From contig CDMY01000475.1 of the NCBI GenBank assembly GCA_001179505.1, forward strand, positions 5,487 to 69,486: a DNA stretch of 64,000 nucleotides, written 5' to 3'. A program made the position numbers and the translations under genes. This DNA is from Vitrella brassicaformis CCMP3155. Lineage: Eukaryota; Protista; Chromerida. The notes below the pieces were generated by a model. That model made no database searches. It saw only the letters and a list, made by a program, of their open reading frames with translations, and was not told the origin of the DNA. Below are positions 39,653 through 54,250 of the stretch, piece after piece; position 1 is the stretch's first letter; each line of letters opens with the position of its first letter.

Positions 39653-40522
39653 CTACTTCACCACAGTGAGTCCTGCCTCAGCCCCCCCTTGCCTGCAGTG
39701 CACTGCGGAGGGATTCCGGCTCCAACACTGCCCCGGGGGTGATGCCATGCTGCTTGAACCAACCTACAGGCATCTCTAGCCTGATCGATCATGTCATGCC
39801 CACAAAGGGACGTTGTTACGTGTGTGTCGGTGCCTGCACTGCTTATGCTTGCCCCATTTTAGCGTCGCTGCGGTCACTGTACACCCACGTCTCGTCATTG
39901 GCCTTAAGGTGGTGGATCTGCACACACACACACACACACACGCACACTCACAGGCAATTCGGCCGTGTGTCCTTTTGCATCCGTTTACGGTCTTCCCTCC
40001 TCCCTCTGCATACAAACGTACATCAGTGAGCACTCCCGCGGTATCGAAGAAGCCAGCGTCGAGGTCGAGGGGCGTGTCCTTCATCCTGCAACCCAACCAG
40101 TGCAAAACAAAGAAAAACGACGTGTGGCGCGCCGCGCCCACGAATGGTCCGATGTGTTGACGCACACCCACCAGAAGACGCCCCGTCTTGGCCGGCTGTA
40201 GACGAACAGCATACCCGTATTTTCGCCCAGACTCTGCCGCCCCATCAATCCCTCCTGATGCTCCCCATCACTGACGGCGATCTGCCGAAGGGGAAAAGTA
40301 ATGTCATGCCACTCTGTCGTGTGATGCGTACAGACCTGGAGAATGTCATCCATATCTCTCTCCATTGCAATCACTGACCTGCACATGGATTGCGGCGCCT
40401 GAGAGGACAAGAGGGAAACGGCTGGCGAAGGTGGCCGGCTGCCGGTGCACCCGAGCAGACGACAGCGCCCTGGTGTGGCACAGAAAGACCCAGAGGAGGG
40501 AAAAGAGACCGCCAAACCTCAT
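39653..40522 (-). CDS. DUF192 (UPF0127) family protein with signal peptide
   Basis: MRFGGLFSLLWVFLCHTRA leader. IHVQ|IAVSDGEHQEGLMGRQSLGENTGMLFVY...FW|MKDTPLDLDAGFFD...KMG|LEMPVGWFKQHGITPG; the last junction needs the GC-AG intron 39781-39852. Confidence 0.88.
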
Positions 40523-40626
40523 CTGATGGATCGTCATGTAAACACAGCGGCACTGATCATCTGCGACTCCCTCTCGGGCGCATCTGTGACCTTCTGTTCT
40601 GCAGAAGAAGAACATGTCGGGGGTGC
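40523..40626. promoter_or_regulatory. Probable bidirectional promoter or overlapping 5' UTRs (DUF192 / small protein paralog 2)
   Basis: Divergent predicted ATGs 104 bp apart. Confidence 0.4.
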
Positions 40627-41145
40627 ATGAGAGGAGGTCTTCATCCACCATCATCTCGTTCCGTAGCCTTCGGCCTCATCGTTTTCTTTCTCCTCGTTCG
40701 CGTGTCCACTGGCGGCTCTGGCTCGCTGGTGGTGCTGAGCCGTGGTCACCGCAATGGATCCAGCCTCCGATGCGCACCAAACGCCCTGCTGGTGAGTACG
40801 TCACACACACCAATAACACCACTATGAGCGATCTCGAGTCCGTTCCGTGTGCGTTGCATTGCCTTGCAGCCGTTCCTGGTCAATGACAGAGCGGTGAGTG
40901 GGCCAATCGTCTTCAACTGGTGCAGACCGACCAACTACCCCTCTCGCCTGGCGACCTTCACCGGCGGCGGGATCGGCACCTATGTGGGCCGCATCTGGCA
41001 GCGGCAGATCATCGAGATGCGCCGCGAGAGGACCACCGAGGAAGAAGAGCGGGAGGAGAGGCGCAGACAGGCTGAGCAGAGGAGACGGCAGGGCGGCTCG
41101 CGCCGGCAGCTGTTGCTGCGCATGTTTCGGAGAGGGAAGGTGTGA
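40627..41145 (+). CDS. Small (146 aa) signal-peptide protein of unrecognised family, paralog 2; 2 exons
   Basis: Exons 40627-40791 and 40870-41145 give MRGGLHPPSSRSVAFGLIVFFLLVRVSTGGSGSLVVLSRGHRNGSSLRCAPNALLPFLVNDRAVSGPIVFNWCRP... Homologous to 26530-27302. Confidence 0.8.
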
Positions 41146-41684
41146 GGGCATGGGCGGCGAGTGTCCTCCCTACCTGTGGCTCTTTGCTTCTCACGTGCGA
41201 GTGTGTCGATTTCTCGTGTCTAGGAAGCAATTTTCTCGGAGGCGTGGGTTGGGCCACAGAAAACTAAGGAGTGGTCGTGAGTGACGTGACACTGTGTGTG
41301 GATATATTCTTGTTGTCACCGGAAGGACAGGTTGTACGCGCAGCTCATTAAATGCAGGAAGGATGCAAACGAGAAGCATCAAAGTGTCGCACTCCATTCC
41401 CTAACTAACTGCATGCCAACTGATGTCGCACTGCAGTGCTCAAAAAAGGTCAGTCAGCGTCCATCACATCGACAACAAACGCGCACTGCGGCGCACAGCA
41501 GAGGGAGGCTGAATCAATCGCCCGTCGATAAAAGCGAAAAGGGGTGCAGTGACTGACATTGATATTATGAGTACAGGACATCACAGGACAGCACAGCAAC
41601 AGACGGACAATCCCACCTCTCTCTTGCCTTACGTATACACGCACCCATCCATTCACCCACCAGCCCACCAACACATTCATCCAT

Positions 41685-44439
<2,755 letters not shown>

Positions 44440-44556
44440 ACGGGGGAAGGGAGGGAGGGGAGAACTTGATAGTCTTTTTTGTTTCACAGAAGACCCTTCC
44501 TCGAAGTTTCCGGCGCGGGAAGGGAGAGAAAGCGGGAACGCGGCGGCCAAGATCCG
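44440..44556. promoter_or_regulatory. Probable bidirectional promoter or overlapping 5' UTRs (kinase / FDH)
   Basis: Divergent ATGs 117 bp apart. Confidence 0.45.
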
Positions 44557-45954
44557 ATGTGGCGACGTTCACTTTCATCATTCGGATTCTCGGGCCAGGC
44601 CCTTCACTCCTGTTTCTTCCCCAGAACGTCCGTTTGCACACGCCCGTTCGCCACCAGCATGAAGGAGAAGGTCGTCTCTGTGCTCTACAAGGGCGGCGCC
44701 GCCGGCCGTGAGAACAAGCGCATTCTGGGCTGTGTCGAGGTAGGAACGCGCACACACAGCGTCGATTGGTGTCACTCACTGTGTCTATGGTTGTGCTGAT
44801 TTAGAATGAGCTGGGCTTGCGCAGTTTTGTGGAGAGCAAGGGAGCTGAATTCGTCGTGACGAGCAGCAAGGATTACCCCAACTCGACGCTGGGTGGGTCG
44901 AGACTGACAGATCTCACGCATGACCGTCCGTCATTTCTACACTCTACTGCTTGTGTCAACAGACAAGCATCTCCCGGACGCTACTGTGGTGATATCTCAG
45001 CCCTTCTGGCCCGCCTACATCACGGCCGAGCGAGTCGCCAAGGCGCCCAACCTCAAGCTAGCTATCACAGCAGGTGTTGGCAGCGACCACGTGGACCTCG
45101 CCGCTGCATGCGAGAAGAACATCACCGTGGCCGGTAAGTCAAATAGACGGACGGCAGAGGTGACATGATGGATGTACGGTGTGCTGTCCTGCTGCTGTGG
45201 TGTCAGAGGTGACGGGTTCGAATGTGGTGTCGGTGGCTGAGCACGTCGTTATGATGATTCTCTCCCTCGTCCGCAACTACCTGCCCTCCCACGAGATCGC
45301 CACCAGCGGCGGGTGGGACATCGCCGAGTGCGCCTCACGCGCCTATGACTTGGAGGACAAACACGTCGGCACTGTGGCCGTGGGTAAGTGGGGGGAGACC
45401 TGCCAACGATCACACAATACGTAACAGATACTGGTGGGTCTGAGTGTGTGTGTGCCTGTAGGTCGCATTGGTCATCGCGTGTTGAAGCGTCTCGTGCCGT
45501 TCGATGTGCATTTGCACTACTTTGACCCGTTCAAGCGTCTATCGCCCGAAGACGAGAAAGCGGTAAGCACGCAACATGCCCACCGGGGGCTCGCTGGATT
45601 TGCCATGGCCGCTCTCTCTTTCTCGTGTCAGTTGAACGTGACGTATCATGCGACCCTCGAGTCCATGCTGGCGGTCTGCGATGTCATCACTATCAATGCC
45701 CCTCTGCACCCGATGACAGAGAACCTATTCGACAGTGCCATGATCGCCAAATGCAAGAAGGGAGTCTACATCGTCAACACTGCCAGGTCTGCTCGGCACA
45801 TACACACAGCTGCACAGAGACGGATGCATGGATGTCTCCCCCTTTGCAGAGGCAAGATCGTCAACGCTCAGGCGATGGCCGATGCGGTTGCTGCGGGTCA
45901 TGTCGCTGGCTATGCGGGCGACGTGTGGTTCCCACAGGTCCCCACACGTGCACG

Positions 45955-45989
<35 letters not shown>

Positions 45990-46323
45990 TGAATCGTTTT
46001 TTGACTCTGTGTTTTGGTGTGGGCAGCCTCCACCCAAGGACCACCCGTGGCGCACAATGCAGTGGAACGGCATGACTCCACATTACTCCGGCACCACACT
46101 CGACGCACAAGCCCGTTACGCTGCTGGGACGAAGGAGGTCAGGACGAGCACCAAACATACAGAGGTGCCTGACTGGATGATCCACTTGCCCGTTTGTGTG
46201 TGTCAGATTCTTGAGAATTACTTCGACGGGAAGCCGCAGCGCCAGGAGTACCTGATCGTCGATGCCGGCAAGATCGTATCACCCGCGTACACTAAGGGCA
46301 ACACTACCACTGGCGCCAAATAG
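44557..46323 (+). CDS. FDH: NAD-dependent formate dehydrogenase, probable mitochondrial presequence
   Basis: Motifs [67 protein letters not shown] and [19 protein letters not shown]. Leader [11 protein letters not shown]. Confidence 0.97.
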
Positions 46324-47141
46324 ACAGACAGATGCATACAAGAGACACAGCCGACACACAACCGGTGATAATTAGAATCGGTTCCACACACGCATGAATG
46401 GTGAAATGGCAAGGGGGATCAAAGAAAGGAGGCACCGCAACTCTTCCTTTTTTTTTGGTTTTTGGTGTGTGTTTTTCCAAGTCGGATGTTTGAATGGTCT
46501 GCTGCTGGATAGGCCTCCATTTCTCCATAGTGTTATGTATACATACACGGTGCTTCACCTGCATGCCATGCATGGATGCGCTGTACGTGTGCCAAGTTGT
46601 GTGTTTTTCTGCCGATCAACTCGATCGGTGCACTGCCTGGTGTGTTATTGAAAGAAAGGTATGAATGAATGAATGAACGGTCCTCTCACTTGGTTACTCT
46701 GGCAACACGCGATGCGAGAGCATCGACTTGGCAAAGCGATCTGTGGATGTCTCCCTACTTCTTGGGTTTTTCATGTGTTGGGCGTACTTGCCGTCAACCA
46801 GCGTCTCTGATTACATACACACAGCACTGCGTCATTCTGCCGGTGTGCATGCCTCGCCAGAATGTGGCTGTGTGGGGACGGGTGATCGAGATGCGGGAGG
46901 CAGTGGTGGTTCAACAAAACTCACGTGCGCTGACGACGCTGTAGATTTTCCTCCTTGCATGTGTCGTGCTGCATGGATGAGGGGCATGCGAGCGACTCTG
47001 AGGTACAGTGCATCTGCTCATCGACACATCGAAGAGGCATTGTTGGCAAAGCGAGATGAGAACGATCAGGAGGAGCTGCATTTACGATGGGGGCAGGGGG
47101 GGTGTCTGGGACTTTCCTTCTATCTGACTTGTTCAATTGCG

Positions 47142-50100
47142 ATGGGCGGCGGGCAGTCCACGTGCGGAGAACTTCGAGCACAACGTGCTCACCTCCTCGT
47201 CGACTCGCAGGCACCCTCACGCCCACAGAAGCCTCGCGTGAAGCGGCCCCGGATCAGCGGGAAGCGCCTTGCCGCTTCCGGTCGCGAGCCTCTCCTCGGC
47301 TCCGACAGTGTCTTGGAAATCGACGAAAACGGGGCGTATCTGGTGAGGCGACACAGTCAGCCTCTCTTTTGCCGTGGATGTGGTCTTTGGTTCCCATCGG
47401 TGCAGGGCCCTCTGGCAGTGGGGCAGAGGAGCGGATGGGCGGTGCAGCAGACCGCAGATCACTTATACGAGGGTATGCATAGCCATGATTGAGATCCATT
47501 CACACATCTTCTCGTCTCTTGCGTGTGTCTTTGAACACACACCTCTTCAGGCGAGTTCGAGTCATCAAAGAAACATGGGTGGGGGGCACTGACGTGGCTT
47601 CATGTCAAAGACGCAGTGCAGGTGACATACTTTGGTGACTTCGAGAGTGATCTGCCCAGCGGTGAATGAACGCATTTCCATATGGACATCGATTCTCGCC
47701 CTCTCATTTCCTGTGCTTACCTGCTTCCACTCAGGCAATGGTGTGCTGGTGCATCCCAAGGGTCATCTTATTACCATCACAAAGGAAGGAGCCCGGTTCC
47801 TCTTCGACCGCAGATCTCCCTGCACCCCCCTGAAGACCACCTATCGACAGCCATTGCCTTCCAGCAGTGGCCCCACGGCACTCCTCTCTCAAGCGTCAAC
47901 CCGTGAGTCGCTCAGCAGCCCCATGCACAAGCCCCTTTCCCCCAAGCTCAGTCCATCGACTCGGTTCCATCTTCCCAAGTTCCTCGTCCGAAGCCAAGCA
48001 ACACGGATAGGTTTCGCTGGTGTCCGATTCTTGAGTGGCGGCAAAGATGACAGCAAGGAGCCACCGTCTCTCTCCGGCCTCCGCTCAAGCGACAGTGAAA
48101 TGTCAGTCGGCCAGCAGTCATTTTATCGACAGCTGCAGCGCGACGGAGCCGTCTTTATTCACGACAACGACAGCAACAGAAAGGGGCAGCGAAAATACGA
48201 GTCAATGCCAACGCCAAACGAGGACGGCTTCATTGACATTGGCGAGCACTACGAGAGGGATTTTCTGGCGCTACCTTACATCAATGCGCCAACAGAGGAG
48301 AAGTCCAAGAGCATAATCGCCGAGGCCTCAGCGGCAAAGGCGATTGAGTGAGTACCACACACATAGCAAGGGATGCCGGTCGATTGTATTGACTCTCCTT
48401 CTTTTGTTTGTTGCTTTCTATTTACGTGGACGCCGACACATCTGAGCCAGTTCCTGCAATCTGTGTCTTTACCATTCTCCGCCCACGCCCTGCGTCGCGT
48501 GTCAATCGATGGGGTGGCTTTCATCAACGCGACACAACACGGTGACAACACAAGCGAGACACAGGGCAAAGTTCTCATTGGTAGAGGATTTGTGTTGTAT
48601 GTATCAGATTTGGTGGCCTGGGGCTGCCCAGCCCAAGACAGTAAAGCTCTCGACATCATCAAAAGGTGGTTATCAGCAAGGGTGACAAGGTGCCTGGACA
48701 CTAAGAGGCAAGCCCGCATCCTACAGTCTGGCAGGACAAGACACAAGTAGCTTCCCGTTGATTGCTTTCAGGCTCACATCGCAGCAATGTCCAGATGAAG
48801 CGACTACTCGAAGGCCAAGTCGTCTGCCACTCTCTCTCCCCCGATGTCTTCAGCGTGCATCGGCACTCCGAGCGAGCCGCCCACTTCGGCGCAGCTCCAT
48901 GCAGGAGACATGCCACTTGACGTCTCTCCTCAACCGTAACGGCGTGAAGGTCATCCCCAAGGAGTACCTGATGGGTATCATGAATACAACACAAAGAAGA
49001 GCACAAGAGACACACGTGTGCACATGTGTGTTTCAGGTAATAAGTCCATCGTCAAGGAGACGGACACCATCAGTATTTACAATGAATGCTGGAAGGGCTG
49101 GTCGGATGATCCTGTGGCGGACGGGAGGCCACAAATCGGGTACAATCGATGGGCGCTGCCTAGGAGACAGTCAATTGCGGTGACGGTGAAGTGCTTCAAA
49201 GCTGATCTGGAGACCAGGTCAGTTTCGGCAGTTGAGCTACATGCAAATTCTGCTGCGGCTTCAAGTTATGTGTTTATGTCTGTATGCAGACAGCACAGCA
49301 TGGCTGCCTTCAGGAAGGAGCTTGAGGCACTGCTGACGGTGGGGTGCCATCTTGAGGACGATGCGGCACCAAAGGATGTCGTGAGGCTGCTGGGTGTGGT
49401 CAAAGAAAGGAAGACGGTAACCAGAATAACAGAATAACAGACAGACACTGCAGACACTGTGAATGCTAGCTGTCGGCATCCTGTCGCTATATTTGTCTCT
49501 GTGCATCAGACCCTCATCAAGCATCGTCGCCATTCAAATGGCAAGGCCAATGAGGAGAGCCAGGTCAGTCAAGGCGGGCCGCTTTGCAATGATGACTGGC
49601 TCACTGCATACGATGTCATGTCACTGTCAGTGCTTCACCAAGTTCAGCCTTGTTTTCGAGCGTCAAAAGAGCCGACTGTCTACCTTCCTACGCAGCCGAC
49701 AACAACGCGGCAAGAAGGCGGGCGTCGGCCGTGTGTTTGGTTGCTGCGGGTGGGGAGTGAGGTCAGCTGTGGATCGCATGACCGCATTCGGCAAGGCCGA
49801 GCTGCTCGGGGGCATTTGCAGGGGGATGACCAGGCTGCACAAATGTGGTGTGATCCATGGCAGACTCAGCAGGTGAGGGCGTGAGGAGGGGAAAATTTTA
49901 GAGGGACCGCAATACAATCTGGAATGGTCTTGTATCGCAGTGACTCGATATTCATCAACAAAGACAACACGCCAATGATTGGCGGATTCGACGATGCATG
50001 GGTCGAGGTAAGGACCGTAAGGATGTCTTTGATTTAGGCTGTGCACATCATGTTCTTCTTCTTCCTTATTTAGAGCAATTCGACTTTCAAAGCCCCCCCA

Positions 50101-50670
50101 GCCCAGCCCAACCTCACAGTCTCTCCAACCGTCATCCTAGATCGCCGCTCTCACAAGCCACCTCGCCGGGCCTCACAGAAGGCCCTCTTTGCCCGAGTCG
50201 ATTCTACTGGCGATCCTCGCTACACTGCGCCGGAGGTGCTTCGTGGCGAGGGCTTGACGGAGGCGGCAGATGTGTATTCCTTCGGTATGATCATGGGGGA
50301 GGTCTTCTCGAGAAGCAGGCCTTTTAATGGTACTTGATTGCAGACGCTTAAAGGCATGGCTTCCCTGATTGTATGTGCATATGTCCGTCACTATGTGTGT
50401 GTCTCTCCTTCAGAAAACTCAGATGCTGCTGTTGTGTGCGGGCGAGGATACTCTCAGTTGCTGACCGCCCCATCGACCATCGCCGAGGCAGTGCCTGCGC
50501 CCTTGCGAGAGATGTACGATGCCTGCCGCAGGACAGATCCGAACGCCAGGCCATCCTTCAGCTGCTTGCTCGATGCCCTACAAGCTATTGTATATGCTGA
50601 CGAAGCCACGGACACACTCGGAACCTTCATGGGTGTAGAGTACTTTTGGGATGATTGGGAGCTGGTATGA
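47142..50670 (+). CDS. MORN-repeat + TKL-like pseudokinase (start uncertain)
   Basis: MGGGQST start. Three MORN repeats after splicing (YLGPLAVGQRSGWA, LYEGEFESSKKHGWG, TYFGDFESDLPSGNG). Kinase fold VIPKEYL...IYNECWKGW, VTVKCFK, IHGRLSSDS, IGGFDD, TGDPRYTAPEVL, DVYSFGMIM and RPSF. Continuity needs a GC-AG intron at 48708-48771. Confidence 0.72.
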
Positions 50671-50988
50671 GTGGGTTGTGCTTCGCTTGTTTCTTGTGCA
50701 GTGGAGACATAAGCCGTGTGTAAGGCAGTCCGGTTTGTTATGAATTGTGGGCAACAAGTCTGTCTGTCTTGCCCGCTTTGTCTCTCTGTTGAAGGGGGTT
50801 GACGCACAAGAGAGAGGGAGGGAGGGAGGGATCTGTATTTTGAGTGCACGCTTCTCGCCGTGTCGCTTCGCGTGTACATCAGCTTAATCGATCAGAGGCC
50901 TCCTAGTGCCGTTTGTCTGCCTGTGAGACCTTGACTCGCTGCACGGCTATGGATAACGTGTGTATGTTTGCGCTTCAAAATAGTGCTG
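48716..50988 (+). repeat. Source of a local duplication: 48716-49175 and 50893-50988 are copied contiguously at 54046-54600
   Basis: Direct sequence comparison shows high identity of both blocks. About 1.7 kb (49176-50892) is absent from the copy. Confidence 0.93.
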
Positions 50989-51545
50989 AGGTACCTGGCC
51001 TCCTCAGCCGGGCCGTCGGCCCCACTGCAGCCTACACACATACACACACACACACAGCCACAGTGGGCATCTATCGCCCCGCCACACAGGCTCTCGCACC
51101 TGTCTGCTCGGCCGCTCCTTGAGCTTGAAGATCCTGAACTCGGGCGCATGTGGTGCCGGCGTGGCCTTGGGCTTATTGACGGACCGCTCGGTGGGCTGTT
51201 AGGCGGACGGCCCCATGAGGCGGTTGTCGCGGTGTGCGCGGGGTCGGTCGCAGATGATACATCGCAAAGAGGGATGGATCGTGTGTGCGCAGTGCAGTGA
51301 TGGATGCGTCCGCTTCAGAACATCGTGGTAGGCGGCACAAGAACGACTGATGCCAAGCAAACAGAGCCATGCCGAGCACTGGGGCCGCTGTGTTTACGTG
51401 ATGCACGGCACACTATTAAAAACACTAACGGCGGCACCAAAACAGGGCATCAGCAGGCAGCCAGCTCACCTCTCGCCAATCATCACTGGTGAACGTGTTC
51501 ATTTCAGGTGGAGGCAGGGCGGCAATTTGCTATTCCGTGGTGTCT

Positions 51546-53096
51546 ATGTCCCACCATGGTAGTCTGCCTGCCCCAGACCTGCCCCTTCACCCGCCCCCCT
51601 TCATAGCCACCTCCTCCCGCCCCCCTCACCCACCCCCCTTCATCACCAAGCGCTCGCGCGACGCCGGCCGGCCAGGCTACATCGCTCTCTGCTCGCCCAA
51701 TGGGCTCAGCAGCTGGCAGGACTGGCGCACCAAGCACGAGGAGCAGGGCAGGAGCGACATCGCCAATGACAACTTCTCCTTCCGCAGGGCGCAGCCCAAC
51801 AGCGACTACTATAGTGAGGAGGAGAACTGCTGGATCTTCCAGACCCGCCGATCCAACCAGTATTGCAGCCTGCGGTGCCGCGTCCGCCTCCACGCCAATT
51901 TTCCCTTCTTGGTATGGACGTGCGGCGAGTGCCATCTGTGCCGCGGGGGCGGGGGGGAGCGCCTCTCGTGCAACAGACGGAGGCTGTTCGGCAACGCCCT
52001 GATGGACGACAACGCGGCGGCGAGGGCGCAGCGGATTGTGTGTCTGTGTGGGCGGATCTATGACAGCAGCAAGTTCTACAAGGAGCACATGAGCCTGTGG
52101 CACGACCCTGGGATGATCGCCACCAAGGGGCCCGACCATATGCTCGCCGGACTCGGTGAGACGGGCGGCACACAGGCACACGCACACATACGCAGAGAGG
52201 GAGGGAATATTAGTTTCAGCGTGTGCATGTGCCGTATTGGTGTTGATCACCGACAGAGATCCTGAAGACCTATGACAGCACCAGGGGCAGCGGCAAGCAG
52301 TACCTGGAGCTATTCGAGATCAAAGACGTCAGTCACCCTGGTCAGACACACAGTTCTCTGTGCTGTGCGGCACCCATCTTGCTTGCCTACATAAATGGTG
52401 CGTTGTGTTCTTGTGTATCAGACTACAACACCAAATTGCACGCGAGCGACATCATTGGCTTTTTCGAGGACCGGGGACTCACTCCCGATGTGCGCCGGAA
52501 ACACACGCAGCAAACCACACTCAGCACAGCACAGCAGAGATACGCTCTCACGCACTCTGTCTCTTCTTTCCCCTTCAGTCACAGATGCAGACGACGTTGA
52601 TGTCGACGATGCACCCCTTGCAACGGTCAGAGGCCTTCAACGCCTTCCTCCCACAGTACAAAAGCAACAACCAAGCACTATTACGACAAGCCGCGTCCTC
52701 ACGCGTCAGCAGTGGTGTCAGGGGGCCACCACAGACGGGCAACGCCTCCTCGCAGCCACCATACCCCCACTCCCACTCGCACCAGTGCTGGTCGCAGCCC
52801 CCATTCGCCCCTCTGCCCGCGTTGGCGCCCTCGACGCCAGACGGCCTTCACGGCAAGGACATGAGCGAGCAGGGTGGCTCTGGGTGGTCCAGTGCTGCCG
52901 GGGGGGAGGGGGGCCGGGAAGGCGACCAGCATGAAGGAGGGGGCGATCAGGGGCCACTTCTTAATGCAGCGCTGCCTCACAGCCCGGTCGGCAGGGGCGT
53001 CAAGACGGAGGCACACGCTACTGCTGCCGACGGCACCAAGGTCGGATCAGAGATCAGAGACAACACGGCACCCAGCACCTATCATGCACTGGCTCT

Positions 53097-53127
<31 letters not shown>

Positions 53128-54250
53128 CCTGCCTGCCCTTCTAGCAGATGGACCAGTCGTCTCCGCCGATATCGACAATGTCGTCAGCCTTCACCCCGCC
53201 CCTCCAAAGGCAGCCCTACCCCTCTCACAGCCGGCCATCCCGCCCAGGCAGCGACAGCAGCAACGTCCTTGGATGTCCAGACAGCGATATGCTCGAGCCA
53301 ATGGCCATCATAGGCGGCGACTCGCAGACGGACTTCTTCGGCGGCGTGCGCGTCAAGGAGGAGCTGATGGACGGCAGCGACGATAATGTGGTGGGCCTGG
53401 GCGGCCTTGGCGACCGTGGGTTTGGAGTGATGAGTCCAATGGGCGATGCTGCCACGAGAAGATGCTCACCCAGGGTAAGGATTGGGATGGTGGGAAGGAG
53501 GCAGCAAGCAGAGGTCCATTGTGTGTGTATGTGTGTGGTGTGAGTCAGTCGAGTTCTGCAGCCGTCAGCAGCAGCAGGAGCAGCACGACGTCGCCCGATC
53601 CAGGGCCGGCCCTCACTTTGGTGCGGATGCGCAAGGCCAACGGTGGCAAGGCGCTCTCCCGTTACGTCCCGAATACCACCACCATCGGCGACCTTACAGA
53701 CGACTACAACCCATTCAGGCCGCACGCCTGCATTGTCAGGCCCTGCTTCGACACAACAGCCACAGCCACAGCCACAACCGCTACCGACACCAAAACCACC
53801 GCCAGCAACACAGCCAGCAGCAGCTCCGGCAGTGGGGGCGAAAACGGTGAGGGCGGCGAGAGCAGCAGTGGCAGTGGCGGGGAGCGGGGCGTGTCGGGCC
53901 CCGCCTTCGCGTCTGACCCGAACACGACGCTGCCGTGCCCCATCGACCGCACCACCACTCTCCACCAGATGTGTCGGCATTACAGCCAGCCGGTGGAGGG
54001 GCCCCTGACGCTCATATTCGACGAAGACGACACCGAGGGCTGGTGGCATCCTACAGTCTGGCAGGACAAGACACAAGTAGCTTCCCGTTCATCGCTTTCA
54101 GGCTCACATCGCAGCAATGTCCTAATGAAGCGTCTACTCGAAGGCCAAGTCGTCTGCCACTCTCTCTCCCCCGATGCCTTCAGCGTGCATCGGCACTCCA
54201 TGCGAGCCGCCCACTTCGGCGCAGCCCCATGCAGGAGACATGCCACTTGA
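51546..54250 (+). CDS. Hypothetical Cys/His-rich (Zn-finger) protein with Pro/Ser-rich middle and duplication-derived C-terminus (alternative end 54518)
   Basis: MSHHGSLP start. Motifs YCSLRCRVRL...WTCGECHLC and CLCGRIYDSSKFYKEHMSLWH (C-x-C-x12-H-x4-H). Microsatellite introns with in-frame junctions. Confidence 0.65.

Noticed and set aside
50890-51300. Minus-strand exon-like fragment (TERSVNKPK...RPSRQ|AAVGPTARLRRPGTSALF)
   Set aside because: No start, upstream exons or recognisable motif; cannot be supported as a gene.
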